Part shown: in pieces, positions 63,831 through 64,000 of the stretch
How positions within the stretch are numbered: the stretch's first letter is position 1
How the letters are laid out: each line of letters begins with the position of its first letter
NCBI GenBank assembly: GCA_030141605.1
Contig: JAQGDQ010000127.1
Span: 310,001-374,000 of the forward strand
Direction of reading: 5' to 3'
Source: Tubiluchus corallicola
Taxonomy: Eukaryota > Animalia > Priapulida
Length of the DNA stretch: 64,000 nucleotides
Translations under genes and position numbers: made by a program
The notes under the pieces: model-generated
Database searches by the model: none
What the model was told of the DNA's origin: nothing
What the model saw: only the letters and a program-made list of their open reading frames with translations

Positions 63831-64000
63831 TGTAGCATCCTCGAGGCAGAACCAATGCTCTAATATATATAGTAAAATTTAAGTAGATTGGTACTTAATT
63901 CATCTGTGGAAAAGAAAAATTATGCTCTGTAACCAAGCTGCAGGCATCCAGCCAACCAATGATTTACAGTTAAACCTAAAACATTTTAACTTGTCTCTTG

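Overview
AT-rich, repeat-dense animal (invertebrate) nuclear DNA, not prokaryotic. Five protein-coding genes can be reconstructed by hand. They are TYW5 (minus, 7 coding exons, 447-11566, 317 aa), prohibitin-1 (plus, unbroken ORF), a SOWAH-family ankyrin protein (minus, unbroken ORF), a paraoxonase/arylesterase (minus, 9 coding exons, 36999-50091, 357 aa) and NUP93 (plus, unbroken ORF). Introns and intergenic DNA are filled with decayed LINEs (L2/CR1/RTE-like), a Bel/Pao gag fragment and non-autonomous DNA transposons (hAT with 8-bp TSDs, Tc1/pogo-type with TA TSDs, and a family with a probable 3-bp TSD). Five observations stand out: (1) a ~40-nt two-stem RNA element in six divergent copies with clear compensatory base changes; (2) a splice acceptor 4-26 nt upstream of the ATG of all five genes, pointing to 5'-UTR introns or possibly trans-splicing; (3) fully intronless NUP93 and PHB1 beside genes that keep their introns; (4) a paraoxonase lacking two conserved aspartates; (5) an inverted MITE pair between the divergent PON and NUP93 starts. 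Family assignments come from motif recognition, and no database searches were run.
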